DNA of 51,840 nucleotides from a bacterium (GCA_027348385.1 DAIEPO010000002.1:1-51840), one strand, 5' to 3'. Positions 17,858 to 28,606 are shown, counted from the first letter of the stretch. Made by a program: numbers and translations. The notes: generated by a model not told the origin, from the letters alone.

Positions 17858-18397
17858 TTATTCATTGCCTCTTGGTCCATGATATAGACCGGTTTGATTA
17901 ATAATCATCTTCTCTATCTCCCGCGGTTCTGGAACACTTTGGAAAATAAAGTTTTCTTTTTCACCAGCAGTTTGGATTTCTACATTACCATAACCTAAGA
18001 CTGTAGCCCAAAAGCCCCTGACTTCGCTAGTAACGTCTTCAATGTTTGGTAGAGTTAACTCAGAAATACGTTGACTGAAAATCCCTTTTTGCCAAATGTC
18101 TACTATTCTTTTGTTTGTAACGATTTGAACATTCAGATAGTAGATTGTCCAAAGCATGAATAACCCTAGAACTAAAAACATTACGTAAATATTCTTTCCA
18201 AGGTTAACAAAGTTTAAATATGGCATTTCAAAGAGTCTTGGAATAAATTGCGGTGCGTATTTATCAAACAAGAAAAGAACCGCAACAAAGATCAACCAAG
18301 CTAAAACTCTTGTGAACATAAAAAACCAATGCTCACGAACAACAAGGATAATAACCTCATCTTCTTCTTGGCTTGGAAATAGTTTTTTAATATTCAT
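17858..18397 (-). CDS. membrane protein with bacterial PH-like (YdbS/YdbT-type) domain
   Basis: 179 aa with two TM helices followed by a soluble beta-rich domain. Family call is tentative. Confidence 0.45.
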   Translation of the reverse strand: MNIKKLFPSQEEDEVIILVVREHWFFMFTRVLAWLIFVAVLFLFDKYAPQFIPRLFEMPYLNFVNLGKNIYVMFLVLGLFMLWTIYYLNVQIVTNKRIVDIWQKGIFSQRISELTLPNIEDVTSEVRGFWATVLGYGNVEIQTAGEKENFIFQSVPEPREIEKMIINQTGLYHGPRGNE

Positions 18398-18401
18398 AAT
18401 A

Positions 18402-18626
18402 TTAAATGCTGTTTAATATGCCAACGCCTTGAGCAGCGATTGTTAAAAAGAAAACTAAATACAAAACCGCAACAGCAAAACTTAGGGCTCTGGACCTACC
18501 ATTTTTAATAAGGACAAAAACTGTTGAAAATCCAAAGAAGGTTATTAACACCACCACAGCGTAAAAAACAAAACCAACTATAGTTTGAGTTAAGGTGCTT
18601 GGATTAAATGTATTAAAGTCTTGCAT
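18402..18626 (-). CDS. small two-TM membrane protein, hypothetical
   Basis: 74 aa with two hydrophobic helices. The start overlaps the ruvB stop as TAATG. Confidence 0.4.
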   Translation of the reverse strand: MQDFNTFNPSTLTQTIVGFVFYAVVVLITFFGFSTVFVLIKNGRSRALSFAVAVLYLVFFLTIAAQGVGILNSI

Positions 18627-19666
18627 TAGAGCAGGGTGTTAGTTTTTGTGTTTTTACCAAGATGTTTGTAAGCAAGGTCAGTTGCTTCGCGTCCCTTAGG
18701 AGTTCTTTTAATAAAACCAAGACGCAGAAGATATGGTTCGTAAACATCAGTAACCGTATCTTCTTCTTCAGAGGTGGACATGGCCAACGTCTTTAAACCA
18801 ACAGGACCACCACCAAACTTATCAATCAAAGCTTCAAGGATCCTTAGATCATTACGATCAAGCCCCATCTCATCTATCTGCAGCATTTCTAGAGCTTTCT
18901 TTGATGTGTCTGCGTTAATTTTACCATTGCCGTGTACTTCAGCAAAATCACGAACGCGTTTTAGTAGTCTGTTAGCAATACGTGGTGTAAAGCGAGAACG
19001 TTTAGCAAGTTCAATTATAGCTTCCTTGTCATATTCTAGGTTTAATAGACGTGCGCTTCTTTGCAGAATCTTTTCAACTTCTTCTTGTTCATAGAAATCA
19101 AGACGTTGAACCATACCAAAACGATCTCTTAGAGGAGCAGAAATTAAACCCATGCGTGTAGTTGCTCCAACAATTGTAAACTTTGGTAAAGACAAACGCA
19201 TCGAACGAGCTCCTGGTCCTTTGCCTAAAACTAAATCTAGTGCAAATTCTTCCATTGCTGGATAAAGGATCTCTTCTACGTTTTTGTTTAAACGATGGAT
19301 CTCGTCAATGAACAAAATATCATTCTCAGCAAGATTACTCAAAATACTTGCAAGATCACCACCTCTTTCAATAGAAGGGCCTGAAGTTATTTTTATATTC
19401 ACGCCCATTTCGTTTGCCAGAATATGGGCCAGTGTCGTTTTACCGAGACCAGGAGGTCCGTAAAAAAGAGTGTGTTCTAAATTTTCTCCTCTTTGTTTTG
19501 CAGCCTGAATCATGATCTTTAGATTATCCTTAACTTTTTCTTGTCCAACATAATCTGAAAGTTCCTTTGGACGTAGCTGCATATCTAAAGTCGTATCTTT
19601 TACCAAGGGAGAAAGGATTTTTTCTTCTTGTTTTTCTTCGTTAGTTGCTTTTGATGATGAGATCAT
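18626..19666 (-). CDS. ruvB: Holliday junction branch migration helicase RuvB
   Basis: [11 protein letters not shown] Walker A, DEIHRL, and winged-helix C-terminus. Start at ATG 19666 (MISSSKAT). The ORF-track extension to 19822 overlaps the vanW-like gene. Confidence 0.9.
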   Translation of the reverse strand: MISSSKATNEEKQEEKILSPLVKDTTLDMQLRPKELSDYVGQEKVKDNLKIMIQAAKQRGENLEHTLFYGPPGLGKTTLAHILANEMGVNIKITSGPSIERGGDLASILSNLAENDILFIDEIHRLNKNVEEILYPAMEEFALDLVLGKGPGARSMRLSLPKFTIVGATTRMGLISAPLRDRFGMVQRLDFYEQEEVEKILQRSARLLNLEYDKEAIIELAKRSRFTPRIANRLLKRVRDFAEVHGNGKINADTSKKALEMLQIDEMGLDRNDLRILEALIDKFGGGPVGLKTLAMSTSEEEDTVTDVYEPYLLRLGFIKRTPKGREATDLAYKHLGKNTKTNTLL

Positions 19667-19667
19667 A

Positions 19668-20897
19668 TTATTGTGCAGGAATTGTATTAGGAGTATCGCT
19701 TGCTTGAGTTGGTTCAGGTGTAGTTTCTGTTGGAGTACCAGTTCCTGGTAACTCCAATGTTTTATGAAACAAAGCCGGGGATTGATATGTGCTATTGAAA
19801 ACCTGTTTCTTAATTGTACCATCTGCCGTAGTTACAGTCCTGCCCCAAGTTGCTTTCATTGAACCATCTGGTTTTTTGTCATATACATACGGCGCTTCAA
19901 ACTCTACCTTGCGTTCATCTTTAGTGCCATATATATAGAAGCGGAGATGGTTGCCTTTTTCTAAAACAGGCCAAATTAAGATGTGTGCTGGAGAATCATT
20001 AATAAACTTAAGGTCTTGAACCCCTGGGTAGATGGTTGCATCAGTGCCCTGTGGAGCATAGTATTGCACAGCATAAGAGTGATTTCTCCTCTCAGTTATT
20101 GGAAAACCCGCATTCATCGCTGCTCTAAACATTGTTGAGGAAACCTGACATAAGCCACCACCAAACTCAGGGACCGTACCCTCTTTTTTGATGACTAGCT
20201 CGGGTAAAAAGCCGTGTTCACCATCTACTGGTCCTAAGTACTTGTTAAAGGAGAATGTTTCTCCAGAAGCTAAGAGTGTTCCTCGTTCTTTGTTTACTCC
20301 AACCTTAATATTAAAGATCCTGTTAGCCGGGGAACCAGAATAGTTTGATTCACCGTATGCAATCAATTCATTAATACCCACATCATTAGTTTCGGAAAGT
20401 TTTTTCTTGTTCTCAGTTTGTATAACAACAAGAGCGCTTTCTTTCTTTTCAGCATCTAGATCAGAAATAATTTGATCAACAGATGATTTAGTATCCAGGT
20501 CGCGACCGTTCTTCCCTGGATTAAACTCAGTAACAATGCCATTTTCTGTTTTAAAGACTGCATCCTCAGGTTCACCGTTAATTTCAGAAGCAACATCTTT
20601 TAGAGATGTATATATCGCCGCAAGATTATATTCCAAAAAAGTTGATTTAACTTTTGTTTTGTTCCTTAAACCAAGTTCAGTTAAAAGAAAAGCATCAGCA
20701 TTTTTTTCTGGCTCTAGAGAAATGAATTTAAGGTTAGCGTTAGTTGGCTTTTGCCAATTTTTTAAGGTTGCAGCTGGAATATTAAACTCTTGATCATCTG
20801 CAAGCAAAGTAAAAGCGCTCGCTTTTGTAGAGAGTGCAAAGAAGAGCAAGAGTGTTAACCCAACCCCAATATTATATTTTAAAATTCTTTTTAGCAT
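19668..20897 (-). CDS. VanW family protein (secreted/anchored)
   Basis: N-terminal hydrophobic anchor, [30 protein letters not shown] VanW core, and a Thr/Pro-rich tail. Confidence 0.75.
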   Translation of the reverse strand: MLKRILKYNIGVGLTLLLFFALSTKASAFTLLADDQEFNIPAATLKNWQKPTNANLKFISLEPEKNADAFLLTELGLRNKTKVKSTFLEYNLAAIYTSLKDVASEINGEPEDAVFKTENGIVTEFNPGKNGRDLDTKSSVDQIISDLDAEKKESALVVIQTENKKKLSETNDVGINELIAYGESNYSGSPANRIFNIKVGVNKERGTLLASGETFSFNKYLGPVDGEHGFLPELVIKKEGTVPEFGGGLCQVSSTMFRAAMNAGFPITERRNHSYAVQYYAPQGTDATIYPGVQDLKFINDSPAHILIWPVLEKGNHLRFYIYGTKDERKVEFEAPYVYDKKPDGSMKATWGRTVTTADGTIKKQVFNSTYQSPALFHKTLELPGTGTPTETTPEPTQASDTPNTIPAQ

Positions 20898-21315
20898 TTT
20901 TTATGGTTATTTTCCTCTCTGTGTTTTTTAAAGAAAAAACTTCAAACTTTAAATAAATCGTATTCTTCGGCAGGTGTTTTTTAATTCGTTCTGCCCATTC
21001 AATGATAAAGACGTTATCTTTCAAACCCCAAAGCTCTTCTAGACCCAAAGCGGCGATCTCTTTGAAGGAAGAAGTTCTGTAAAGATCAAGATGGTAGTAG
21101 GTTGTCTTTTTATGAACATAGGGAACCATCAAAACAAATGTTGGGCTAACAATCCTGCTTTTAATACCAAGTTCTTTAAGCAAAAACTTGGTAAAAGTGG
21201 TTTTACCAGCCCCAAGTTCCCCTGATAAAGCGAGAATTTCACCCCCCTTAAGGGTTTTTGCTACTATCTGGGCAAACTTTTTAAGCTCTTTTAAGCTATG
21301 TATCTTAACAACCAT
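20872..21315 (-). CDS. tsaE: tRNA t6A37 biosynthesis ATPase TsaE
   Basis: 147 aa with the LSGELGAGKTTFTK P-loop. Confidence 0.85.
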   Translation of the reverse strand: MVVKIHSLKELKKFAQIVAKTLKGGEILALSGELGAGKTTFTKFLLKELGIKSRIVSPTFVLMVPYVHKKTTYYHLDLYRTSSFKEIAALGLEELWGLKDNVFIIEWAERIKKHLPKNTIYLKFEVFSLKNTERKITIKNAKKNFKI

Positions 21316-21321
21316 ACCCTA

Positions 21322-21327
21322 ATTTTA
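21322..21327 (-). promoter_or_regulatory. -10 box TAAAAT 6 nt upstream of the tsaE ATG; leaderless start
   Basis: Minus strand reads TAAAAT-tagggt-ATG. Confidence 0.4.
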
Positions 21328-21344
21328 TCAGGAAACTAAGGGTA

Positions 21345-21373
21345 TTGCGAAAAGTGCGTTTTTACTGTATATT
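21345..21373 (+). promoter_or_regulatory. promoter TTGCGA-17-TATATT, 8 nt before ATG 21382
   Basis: TTGCGAaaagtgcgtttttactgTATATTtacgagctATG. Confidence 0.45.
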
Positions 21374-21381
21374 TACGAGCT

Positions 21382-22524
21382 ATGCAAACACCTGACCAAG
21401 AAAAACTCTTTGAGTTGATAAGCAAATCCCAGCGCATTTTGATTGCTTTGCCAGAACACCCAAACGGGGATACGTTAGGTGGCAGCCTTGCCCTGGCTTC
21501 TTTTTTGCGCAAACTTAACAAAGAGGTTGAAGTTTACTGTGAACGAAAAGATTTTGGCAGCCTTTCTTTCTTGCCAGGTATAGAGCAGGTGCACCATGAA
21601 ATAGTTTTTCCTAAAAGCTTTGTCATCACAGTTAAAACTGAGAACGCAAAGCTTGATGAACTAAGCTATGACCTACTTCCTGAAAACGTAAACATCTACT
21701 TAAAACCAAAAGAAGGAGTTTTTTCACCAGAAGATGTTTCATTCAGCAGTGATGTTACTAGATTCAATTTAATCATCTGTGTTGATGTGGCTTCTTTAGA
21801 ATCACTAGGTGCGCTCTACGAGAAAAATGCTGAAATGTTTTTTGCAGTTCCTAAAGTAAACATTGATAACCATATTCATAATGATAACTACGGTAATATA
21901 AACATCGTTGATGTTACAGCATCCTCATCTTCAGAAATTTTGCTGGCTCTTTTAAGAGACTATGAAGCAAGTTTGATTGATCAAGATATTGCCACAAATC
22001 TTTTAACAGGTATCATTACAGAAACAAATAGCTTTCAACATAACAAAACAACCCCAAGCTCTTTTGTTAATGCTTCAGAATTAATTTCGTACGGTGCTAA
22101 ACAACAAGAAATAGTCCGAAACCTTTTCAAGACCAAAGAATTACCCGTGTTAAAACTTTGGGGCAGAGCCATGGCACGTATTCAAACAATTCCAGAGTAT
22201 GCTACGATTTTTTCAGTGGTTGGTATTTCTGATATTGAAAAATCAGAAGCTGGTGAAGCAGAAATATTCCAGGTAGCTCAGGATTTCATGGTTAATATAA
22301 ACGACGCGAAAATGCTTTTCTTTGTCGCAGAAAGACCAGGGTACTTAGAGATGTATGTTGCTTCCAATCCAAACATTAAATTAAAAGAACTAGTTAATTA
22401 CTTAGGTGGTAGCTTTGTCGCTGATGGTTTAGGGAAAATATTGATAAAAGACAAGCAAATCACCGAAGTAGACCAGATTATCAAGCAAACACTAGCAGAT
22501 TTGAAGATCAGACTTGGCATATAG
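21382..22524 (+). CDS. DHH-family phosphoesterase-like protein (NrnA-like, divergent motifs)
   Basis: 380 aa with DHH/DHHA1 architecture. The DHH-position motif reads IDNHIH and the GGGH-position motif reads LGGSF. Confidence 0.65.
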   Translation: MQTPDQEKLFELISKSQRILIALPEHPNGDTLGGSLALASFLRKLNKEVEVYCERKDFGSLSFLPGIEQVHHEIVFPKSFVITVKTENAKLDELSYDLLPENVNIYLKPKEGVFSPEDVSFSSDVTRFNLIICVDVASLESLGALYEKNAEMFFAVPKVNIDNHIHNDNYGNINIVDVTASSSSEILLALLRDYEASLIDQDIATNLLTGIITETNSFQHNKTTPSSFVNASELISYGAKQQEIVRNLFKTKELPVLKLWGRAMARIQTIPEYATIFSVVGISDIEKSEAGEAEIFQVAQDFMVNINDAKMLFFVAERPGYLEMYVASNPNIKLKELVNYLGGSFVADGLGKILIKDKQITEVDQIIKQTLADLKIRLGI

Positions 22525-22530
22525 TATACT
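22525..22530 (+). promoter_or_regulatory. -10-like TATACT 6 nt upstream of ATG 22537
   Basis: TATACT-gcagtc-ATG, directly after the upstream stop codon. Confidence 0.35.
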
Positions 22531-22536
22531 GCAGTC

Positions 22537-24180
22537 ATGCAGCTTCAAGATCAGCAGACACAAAAAGATTTTCAAAAGAAACTAACTGATGTAAACCGAA
22601 AGATGGAAGAAGAGCAAGCTTCGCAACGCTCTTTTCTTTTTGGCATACAATACATTGATCTTTCAACATTCCCTGTTGATTTAAATGCTATGGGTTTGTG
22701 GAGTGAACAACAATGTACTGATTCACACGCCGTAGTTTTTTACAAAGAAGGTAATGATGTTAGGGTTGGCACAATAGATCCTCAAAATCCTGCTCTAAAA
22801 CAAAACCTTGAAACACTAAAAACCGAACATGGTTACAAAGTAACCCTTTACTTAATTTCTGAATCAAGCTTGCAACAAGCATACAAACTTTTCCCTAAAG
22901 TTGTAAGACATGCAGTCGTTAAAGAAGATGGTGTAGAAGTTAAAGCAGAACAAGACTACGCAGTCGCTTTGAAAGATTTAGAAAATGGAGCGCAGATTTC
23001 TGCAACCCAGATTCTTTCTGTTCTCTTAGGTGCTGCAGACAAACACGGAGCTTCAGACATTCACTTAGAACCAGAAGAGCATTTCATCAAGGTTCGTTTT
23101 CGTTTAGATGGCGTGCTTCAGGATATGGCGCATCTAAGCAAGGATTACCAGAAGACAATAATTTCAAGAGTAAAAATTCTTTCGCATTTAAAGTTAAACG
23201 TTGAAGATATTCCACAAGATGGACGTTTTACTTACATGTTAAATTCTAAACCAACCGATGTTCGTGTTTCAGTACTACCTTCTGCATATGGTGAAGGTGT
23301 GGTTATGCGTATCTTAGGGATGGGGGCTGTCAGCTTAAAATTAAAAGAGCTAGGTTTTTCAGACAAAGACTACGAATTAATTCAAACAGAACTTCAAAAA
23401 CCAAACGGCATGATCATTACTACTGGACCAACTGGTTCTGGTAAAACTACAACACTTTATGCTTTCTTAAACCAGCTTAATGAACCAGGGGTTAAAATAA
23501 TTACGCTGGAAGACCCAGTTGAATACAAACTTGAAGGTATTAACCAAACACCAATTGATTCTTCAAAAGGCTTAACCTTTGCAGCTGGCTTAAGAGCAAT
23601 ATTAAGACAAGACCCAGATGTTGTCATGGTCGGTGAAGTTAGAGACCAAGAAACAGCAGAAGTAGCATTACAGGCAGCATTAACAGGACACGTTGTTTTA
23701 AGCACATTGCACACCAATGATGCAGCTGGAGCCATTCCAAGACTTAGAAATATGGGTATTAAGCCATATGTCATTGCTCCTGGAATGAATGCAATCATAG
23801 CCCAAAGATTGGTGCGAAAGCTTTGCACAGAGTGCAAACAAGAAGTAAAACTAGACCCCTTTCTTTTAACAAAAGTTCAGAAAATACTAAGTGATATTCC
23901 AAAAAACTCTGGGGTTGAGATTCCAACAGAACAAAAGTTTTTCCATGCCCCAGGCTGTGACAAATGTAACAAAACAGGATACAAAGGAAGAATTGGTATT
24001 TATGAGCTAATCATAAAAGACGACGTAGTTGAAAAATTGATCCTTGCAGAAGCAGGTAGCAACGAGCTTAAGGCTGCAATGATTGCTCAGGGTATGTTAA
24101 CGATGACTCAAGACGGATTAGTCAAAGCACTTAAAGGGATTACTGACGTTGAAGAAGTATTTAGAGTTTCTCAAGATTAA
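22537..24180 (+). CDS. type II/IV secretion ATPase (GspE/PilB family)
   Basis: Walker A GPTGSGKTT, Asp/His boxes, and the tetracysteine motif CTECKQ...CDKCNKTGYKGRIGIYE. Confidence 0.85.
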   Translation: MQLQDQQTQKDFQKKLTDVNRKMEEEQASQRSFLFGIQYIDLSTFPVDLNAMGLWSEQQCTDSHAVVFYKEGNDVRVGTIDPQNPALKQNLETLKTEHGYKVTLYLISESSLQQAYKLFPKVVRHAVVKEDGVEVKAEQDYAVALKDLENGAQISATQILSVLLGAADKHGASDIHLEPEEHFIKVRFRLDGVLQDMAHLSKDYQKTIISRVKILSHLKLNVEDIPQDGRFTYMLNSKPTDVRVSVLPSAYGEGVVMRILGMGAVSLKLKELGFSDKDYELIQTELQKPNGMIITTGPTGSGKTTTLYAFLNQLNEPGVKIITLEDPVEYKLEGINQTPIDSSKGLTFAAGLRAILRQDPDVVMVGEVRDQETAEVALQAALTGHVVLSTLHTNDAAGAIPRLRNMGIKPYVIAPGMNAIIAQRLVRKLCTECKQEVKLDPFLLTKVQKILSDIPKNSGVEIPTEQKFFHAPGCDKCNKTGYKGRIGIYELIIKDDVVEKLILAEAGSNELKAAMIAQGMLTMTQDGLVKALKGITDVEEVFRVSQD

Positions 24181-24183
24181 AAT

Positions 24184-24948
24184 ATGGATGAATTTTTAAA
24201 AAAAATTATAGTCCAAGCAGGAGACGCTGCTTTAGAATTGCAAGTAAAAGCAAAAGTAGCATACGCAAAAAAACATGCAACTGACATTGTTACTGAAGGT
24301 GATTTACTTGCAAACAAAATAATAACAGAGGCAATAAAAGAGAAATATCCAGAGCACGTAATTCTTTCTGAAGAGGGTGAGCATAAACTAGGAGAAGAAT
24401 ACACTTGGATCATTGATCCAATAGATGGCACCTTCAACTATTCCAAAGGTACTCCGTTGTTCTGTGTCATCATAGGACTAGCCTACAAAAAAGAAATGCT
24501 CATGGGAGCTGTTTACGCTCCAGCACTAAACGAACTATATTTTGCCGAAAAAGGAAAAGGAGCTTTTCTGAATGATCAGAAAATCCATTGCGGTGATGTT
24601 ACAGATATAACTTTGGGTTTTGGTAATGCCATGACTTTAATTGGTCCAACGCGCATGGAGTTATTAGAAAAATTTGTAAAAGAAGCAAAACAGCACAACA
24701 TTTGGATGGGTAGTATAGGCGTATTAGGACTTTCACTTGCCTGGGTAGCTGATGGTAAAAGAGACTGGATCATTTCTCAAGGAGGCAGCATCTGGGATTA
24801 TGCTGCTGGGGCATTAATCCTTACAGAAGCAGGTGCAAAGATATCAGATATAAATGGGAACCCTTGGGTCTTAAGTGACGGTATTGATAGCATCATTGCT
24901 GCAGGCACAACTGAGCTTCATGAGTACCTCAAAAAGATGCTAAAATAG
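24184..24948 (+). CDS. inositol monophosphatase family protein
   Basis: EE...WIIDPIDGTFNY and WDYAAG motifs. Confidence 0.85.
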   Translation: MDEFLKKIIVQAGDAALELQVKAKVAYAKKHATDIVTEGDLLANKIITEAIKEKYPEHVILSEEGEHKLGEEYTWIIDPIDGTFNYSKGTPLFCVIIGLAYKKEMLMGAVYAPALNELYFAEKGKGAFLNDQKIHCGDVTDITLGFGNAMTLIGPTRMELLEKFVKEAKQHNIWMGSIGVLGLSLAWVADGKRDWIISQGGSIWDYAAGALILTEAGAKISDINGNPWVLSDGIDSIIAAGTTELHEYLKKMLK

Positions 24949-24959
24949 CGGGGTTTAGG

Positions 24960-24965
24960 TATAAT
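24960..24965 (+). promoter_or_regulatory. -10 box TATAAT 6 nt upstream of the polA ATG; leaderless start
   Basis: TATAAT-cagagt-ATG(24972). Confidence 0.45.
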
Positions 24966-24971
24966 CAGAGT

Positions 24972-27734
24972 ATGCCTAAGAACTTAGAAAAGAGCTTTAA
25001 ACGCTACATGCTAGTAGATGGGAATGCTTTAATCCATCGTGCTTTTCACGCTATCCCAAACCTTTCCACAAAATCAGGTGAGCCAACAAACGCAGTCTAC
25101 GGTTTTTGCTCAATCTTGCTTAAAGCCATCAAAGATATTAAGCCAACGCACATTGCGTTGACTTTTGATTTGGCAGGCCCAACATTTAGACACGATCAAT
25201 ACAAAGAATACAAAGCAACCAGAGTTAAGGCAGCCGATGAACTTTACGCACAAATTCCAAGATGCAAAGAAGTGGTTGCTGATTTAGGCATTCCAATCTA
25301 CGAACAGCAAGGGTTTGAAGCAGATGATATGCTTGGGACTCTAGCAGAACACATAAAACATTCAAACAATGATCACAAACATTTTGAAGCAATAATTGTT
25401 ACAGGTGATTTAGATACACTACAGCTTGTTGATGAACACGTTAAAGTTTACACACTGCGTAAAGGTTTAACAGACACTATGATATATACTCCTGAAGCAG
25501 TCTTTGAGCGCTATGGCATCAAACCAACACAAATGGTTGATTTCAAAGCCATCAAAGGAGACCCCTCAGACAACATCCCAGGAGTAAAAGGGATTGGTGA
25601 GAAAGGCGCTTTAGATTTAATTAAGGAATATGGTAGCTTAGAAAAGATCTACGCAAACATCGACAAGTTAAAAGAAAAAACCAGGAAACTTTTTGAAGAG
25701 CAAAAAGAACAAATCCAAATGTCATATGAGCTTTCAAAAATCATCCGAGACGTTAAAATTGATTTTAACATTCCAGCATACGAATTTTCACAGATTAACT
25801 ACGCTAAGATAGTTGAACTTTTCCAAAAGCTTGAATTTAAATCCTTAATTCCGAAATTACCACAAGTCTCAGGTACCAAAGAAACAACAACCGAAGAACC
25901 GAAAGATACAACACCAAAACACAATGAGCATTACAAGCTAGTTGATACTGAAACAGAATTAGAAAAACTAACCAACCTTCTTTCTAAAGAAGAAGAGTTT
26001 GTCTTTGATACTGAAACAGAAGGATTAGGAGCTTTGGACTATGATTTAGTAGGTATATCCTTTTCTTTCAAAGAAGGGCACGCATATTACCTCCCTGCTG
26101 ACTTTCTAAAGACCTCAAAGAATAAAGAGATACATAATATTTTTGCAAACCCAAACATAAAGAAAATAGGGCACAATATTAAATATGATTACCTCGCATT
26201 AAAGAAATTCGGTATTGAAGTAAAAAATCTTTACTTTGATACAATGATTGCTTCGTACTTACTAGCTCCTGGCTCCCGTTCACATGATTTAGATAGTCTT
26301 GCGTTTAACGAGTTTGGATATCAGATGCAGCCAATCGAAGATCTAATTGGTAAAGGTAAGAATGAGATAAGCATGAAAGACGCCCCCAAAGAAAAAGTTT
26401 GTTTCTATGCCGCAGAAGATGCTGACTACACTTTCCGGTTAAAACAAAAGCTTCTCCCTGAATTAAAAAAAGAAGGCTTAGACAAAGTTTTCTTTGAGAT
26501 TGATATGCCACTGACAAAAGTGCTTGCTGAGATGGAGGAAAACGGAATCATTCTAGACATACCGCTTTTCAAAAAGCTCGAAAAAGAAGTTCAGCATGAT
26601 CTTCAAAAACTAGAAGCCAATATTTTCAAAGAAGCTGGTGAAGAATTTAACATCAACTCCCCGGCGCAGTTAAAAGTCATCCTTTTTCAGAAGCTAAATA
26701 TTCCGTTTGGCGCTGAAGGGACATTCATTAAAAAAACAAAAACTGGATATTCCACAGCAGCTTCAGAGTTAGAAAAGATGAAAGGGTTACACCCAATTAT
26801 CGACAAAATCCTAGAATACAGAGAGCTAAGCAAGTTACAATCAACATACGTTAAAGCACTGCCTGAATTAGTTAGCAAAAGAGATCATCGTTTACACACC
26901 AGCTATAATCAAACAATTACAGCAACTGGTAGAGTTTCTTCATCCAACCCAAATCTTCAAAACATTCCCGCAGGAAGCTCTGGGTATGCTGCTGAAATAC
27001 GCAAAGGATTTTTAGCAGCTAAAGGGTACAAACTTGTTTCTATCGACTATTCCCAGATTGAATTAAGAGTCGTAGCACATCTTTCTGGTGATAAGACCAT
27101 GCTTGAGGTCTTTAAAAAAGGAGAGGACATTCATACAGCAACTGCAATGCAGCTTTATGGCATCACTGATCCTAGCAAAGTCACCAAAGAAATGCGCAGA
27201 GATGCTAAGACTATAAACTTCGGGGTGCTTTATGGCCTTTCATCCTTTGGTCTTTCTGAAAGAGTTGATATGACTAGATCCGAAGCTTCTGATTTCATAA
27301 AAAAATACTTTGAAGTTTTTTCTTCAGTAGAACAATATTTAAAAAAGGTTGTAGCAGAAACAAAAGCTAATGGCTACACTCACAACGAGCTTGGCAGAAA
27401 GAGATACTTCCCAGAGATTAACTCTTCACAGTTCCAAGTCCGAGCAGCAGCAGAACGTGCTGCTATAAACATGCCGATGCAATCACTAGCCGCAGATATT
27501 TTTAAGATATCTATGAACAAGATCGAGCAAACAATTGGTTTGCAATCAGAAGAGATCAAGCTCTTATTGCAAGTTCATGATGAACTAGTCTTTGAGATTA
27601 AAGAATCCGAAGTATTAAAGTATGCCAAGCAAATTAAAGAGATCATGCAAGATGCATACAAATTAAAAGTTCCTTTGGTTGCAGATGTTAAAGTCGGAGA
27701 TAACTGGGGCGAGATGCAAGAATTAAAGATATAA
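24972..27734 (+). CDS. polA: DNA polymerase I
   Basis: 920 aa with 5'-3' exonuclease, 3'-5' exonuclease-like and family A polymerase domains (DYSQIELR, QVHDEL). Confidence 0.95.
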   Translation: MPKNLEKSFKRYMLVDGNALIHRAFHAIPNLSTKSGEPTNAVYGFCSILLKAIKDIKPTHIALTFDLAGPTFRHDQYKEYKATRVKAADELYAQIPRCKEVVADLGIPIYEQQGFEADDMLGTLAEHIKHSNNDHKHFEAIIVTGDLDTLQLVDEHVKVYTLRKGLTDTMIYTPEAVFERYGIKPTQMVDFKAIKGDPSDNIPGVKGIGEKGALDLIKEYGSLEKIYANIDKLKEKTRKLFEEQKEQIQMSYELSKIIRDVKIDFNIPAYEFSQINYAKIVELFQKLEFKSLIPKLPQVSGTKETTTEEPKDTTPKHNEHYKLVDTETELEKLTNLLSKEEEFVFDTETEGLGALDYDLVGISFSFKEGHAYYLPADFLKTSKNKEIHNIFANPNIKKIGHNIKYDYLALKKFGIEVKNLYFDTMIASYLLAPGSRSHDLDSLAFNEFGYQMQPIEDLIGKGKNEISMKDAPKEKVCFYAAEDADYTFRLKQKLLPELKKEGLDKVFFEIDMPLTKVLAEMEENGIILDIPLFKKLEKEVQHDLQKLEANIFKEAGEEFNINSPAQLKVILFQKLNIPFGAEGTFIKKTKTGYSTAASELEKMKGLHPIIDKILEYRELSKLQSTYVKALPELVSKRDHRLHTSYNQTITATGRVSSSNPNLQNIPAGSSGYAAEIRKGFLAAKGYKLVSIDYSQIELRVVAHLSGDKTMLEVFKKGEDIHTATAMQLYGITDPSKVTKEMRRDAKTINFGVLYGLSSFGLSERVDMTRSEASDFIKKYFEVFSSVEQYLKKVVAETKANGYTHNELGRKRYFPEINSSQFQVRAAAERAAINMPMQSLAADIFKISMNKIEQTIGLQSEEIKLLLQVHDELVFEIKESEVLKYAKQIKEIMQDAYKLKVPLVADVKVGDNWGEMQELKI

Positions 27735-27761
27735 AAATACCGCCTCAACGGCGGTATTTTA
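27733..27761. terminator. bidirectional terminator between polA and rpsT
   Basis: ATACCGCC-tcaac-GGCGGTAT flanked by A and T runs. Confidence 0.7.
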
Positions 27762-27770
27762 ATTTATCAG

Positions 27771-28028
27771 TTATTTCTTCAAAGCCTTTGCCATTCTTGA
27801 TTTATTCCTAGAGGCTTTGTTCTTATGTATAACACCTTTTTTAGCAGCTTTGTCTAAAGCAGCCATTGCTTTTCTCATTGCTTCAGAAGCTTCACTTTTC
27901 TTTCCAGCTTTAATGAGTTTCTTAACTTCCTTAACGCTGTTTTTTGCTGCTTCTTTAACTGTTAGATTAAAAGTTCTTCTTCGTGCTGATTGTCTCATTG
28001 CTTTGGCAGCACTCTTTGTATTTGGCAT
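27771..28028 (-). CDS. rpsT: 30S ribosomal protein S20
   Basis: 85 aa. MPNTKSAAKAMRQSARRR start. Confidence 0.9.
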   Translation of the reverse strand: MPNTKSAAKAMRQSARRRTFNLTVKEAAKNSVKEVKKLIKAGKKSEASEAMRKAMAALDKAAKKGVIHKNKASRNKSRMAKALKK

Positions 28029-28121
28029 TTACTATTTCTTTAATTATATTAAGAGGATTTTTAAACGGGATATGCTTAATCTATCATAATCCTTTGATTT
28101 TTTCAAGGTATTTGTGGAGGT

Positions 28122-28153
28122 CCCGCTCTACAAGCTGATAGCTTGCGAGCGGG
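28122..28153 (-). terminator. GC-rich hairpin at the left edge of GC-rich cassette 2 (no U-run)
   Basis: CCCGCTC-ta-CAAGCT-gat-AGCTTG-c-GAGCGGG. Confidence 0.3.
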
Positions 28154-28172
28154 GATCCACACACCAGACCTC

Positions 28173-28382
28173 CTACTTGCTTGCGAAAGCGTGACGCACG
28201 ATCAGGCTAATGCAGGAGATGACTGCTGCTGTGATCAGCAGCGCTGTCAGCATCGAGATCATTGCCATTGCTCCGTCTTTGGTCTTCTCTGAGAGAAGAA
28301 ACGGCAGCGTTAGCAGTAGCACTGTGACCCAGCTACCCATTGCCAGATGAATCTTTCTTCCGTGCTGAGGGGCGCTTTCCAT
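28173..28382 (-). CDS. small two-TM membrane protein (69 aa), hypothetical
   Basis: MESAPQHGRKIHLAMGSWVTVLLLTLPFLL... with GAGGAA 8 nt upstream of ATG 28382. Resembles the C-terminal half of the neighbouring 139-aa protein. Confidence 0.5.
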   Translation of the reverse strand: MESAPQHGRKIHLAMGSWVTVLLLTLPFLLSEKTKDGAMAMISMLTALLITAAVISCISLIVRHAFASK

Positions 28383-28497
28383 CGTCACAATTCCTCGCAG
28401 GTTGTGGGAGTTGAAGTTTTTTTCAAACTTCTGGTGTGTGTCTGTGCTCGGAATCTCTTCGTCAAAAGACAAAGCTATCCACAAATCACAGACAGCA

Positions 28498-28526
28498 ATT
28501 ATATCCAAGAAACTTTACTTTTGCAA
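28498..28526 (-). promoter_or_regulatory. promoter TTGCAA-17-TATAAT inside cassette 2
   Basis: Minus strand reads TTGCAAaagtaaagtttcttggaTATAAT. Confidence 0.4.
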
Positions 28527-28544
28527 GACCCGGGCTATTACAAC

Positions 28545-28586
28545 AAACGAAAAGCGCCCGTTCTGATGATTTCAGATTGGGCGCTG
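28545..28586 (-). terminator. intrinsic terminator after the 139-aa membrane protein gene
   Basis: Minus strand reads AGCGCCC..TCTGA-aatca-TCAGA..GGGCGCT, then TTTCGTTTG. Confidence 0.5.
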
Positions 28587-28606
28587 TTCGCACGTGCAAA
28601 TGGGCG

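Noticed and set aside
19667-19822. N-terminal extensions offered by the ORF track. Examples: ruvB to 19822, DAHP synthase to 9994, ruvA from 31180, dnaA from 13716, the small membrane protein to 28508 and tyrS to 4544.
   Set aside because: The extensions overlap neighbouring genes or promoters and lack homology-like sequence. Internal ATGs have proper SD or -10 geometry and match conserved N-termini.
28476-28484. A near-perfect DnaA box, CTATCCACA (8 of 9), inside cassette 2.
   Set aside because: It is a single isolated box far from dnaA with no AT-rich unwinding element. It is most likely fortuitous.
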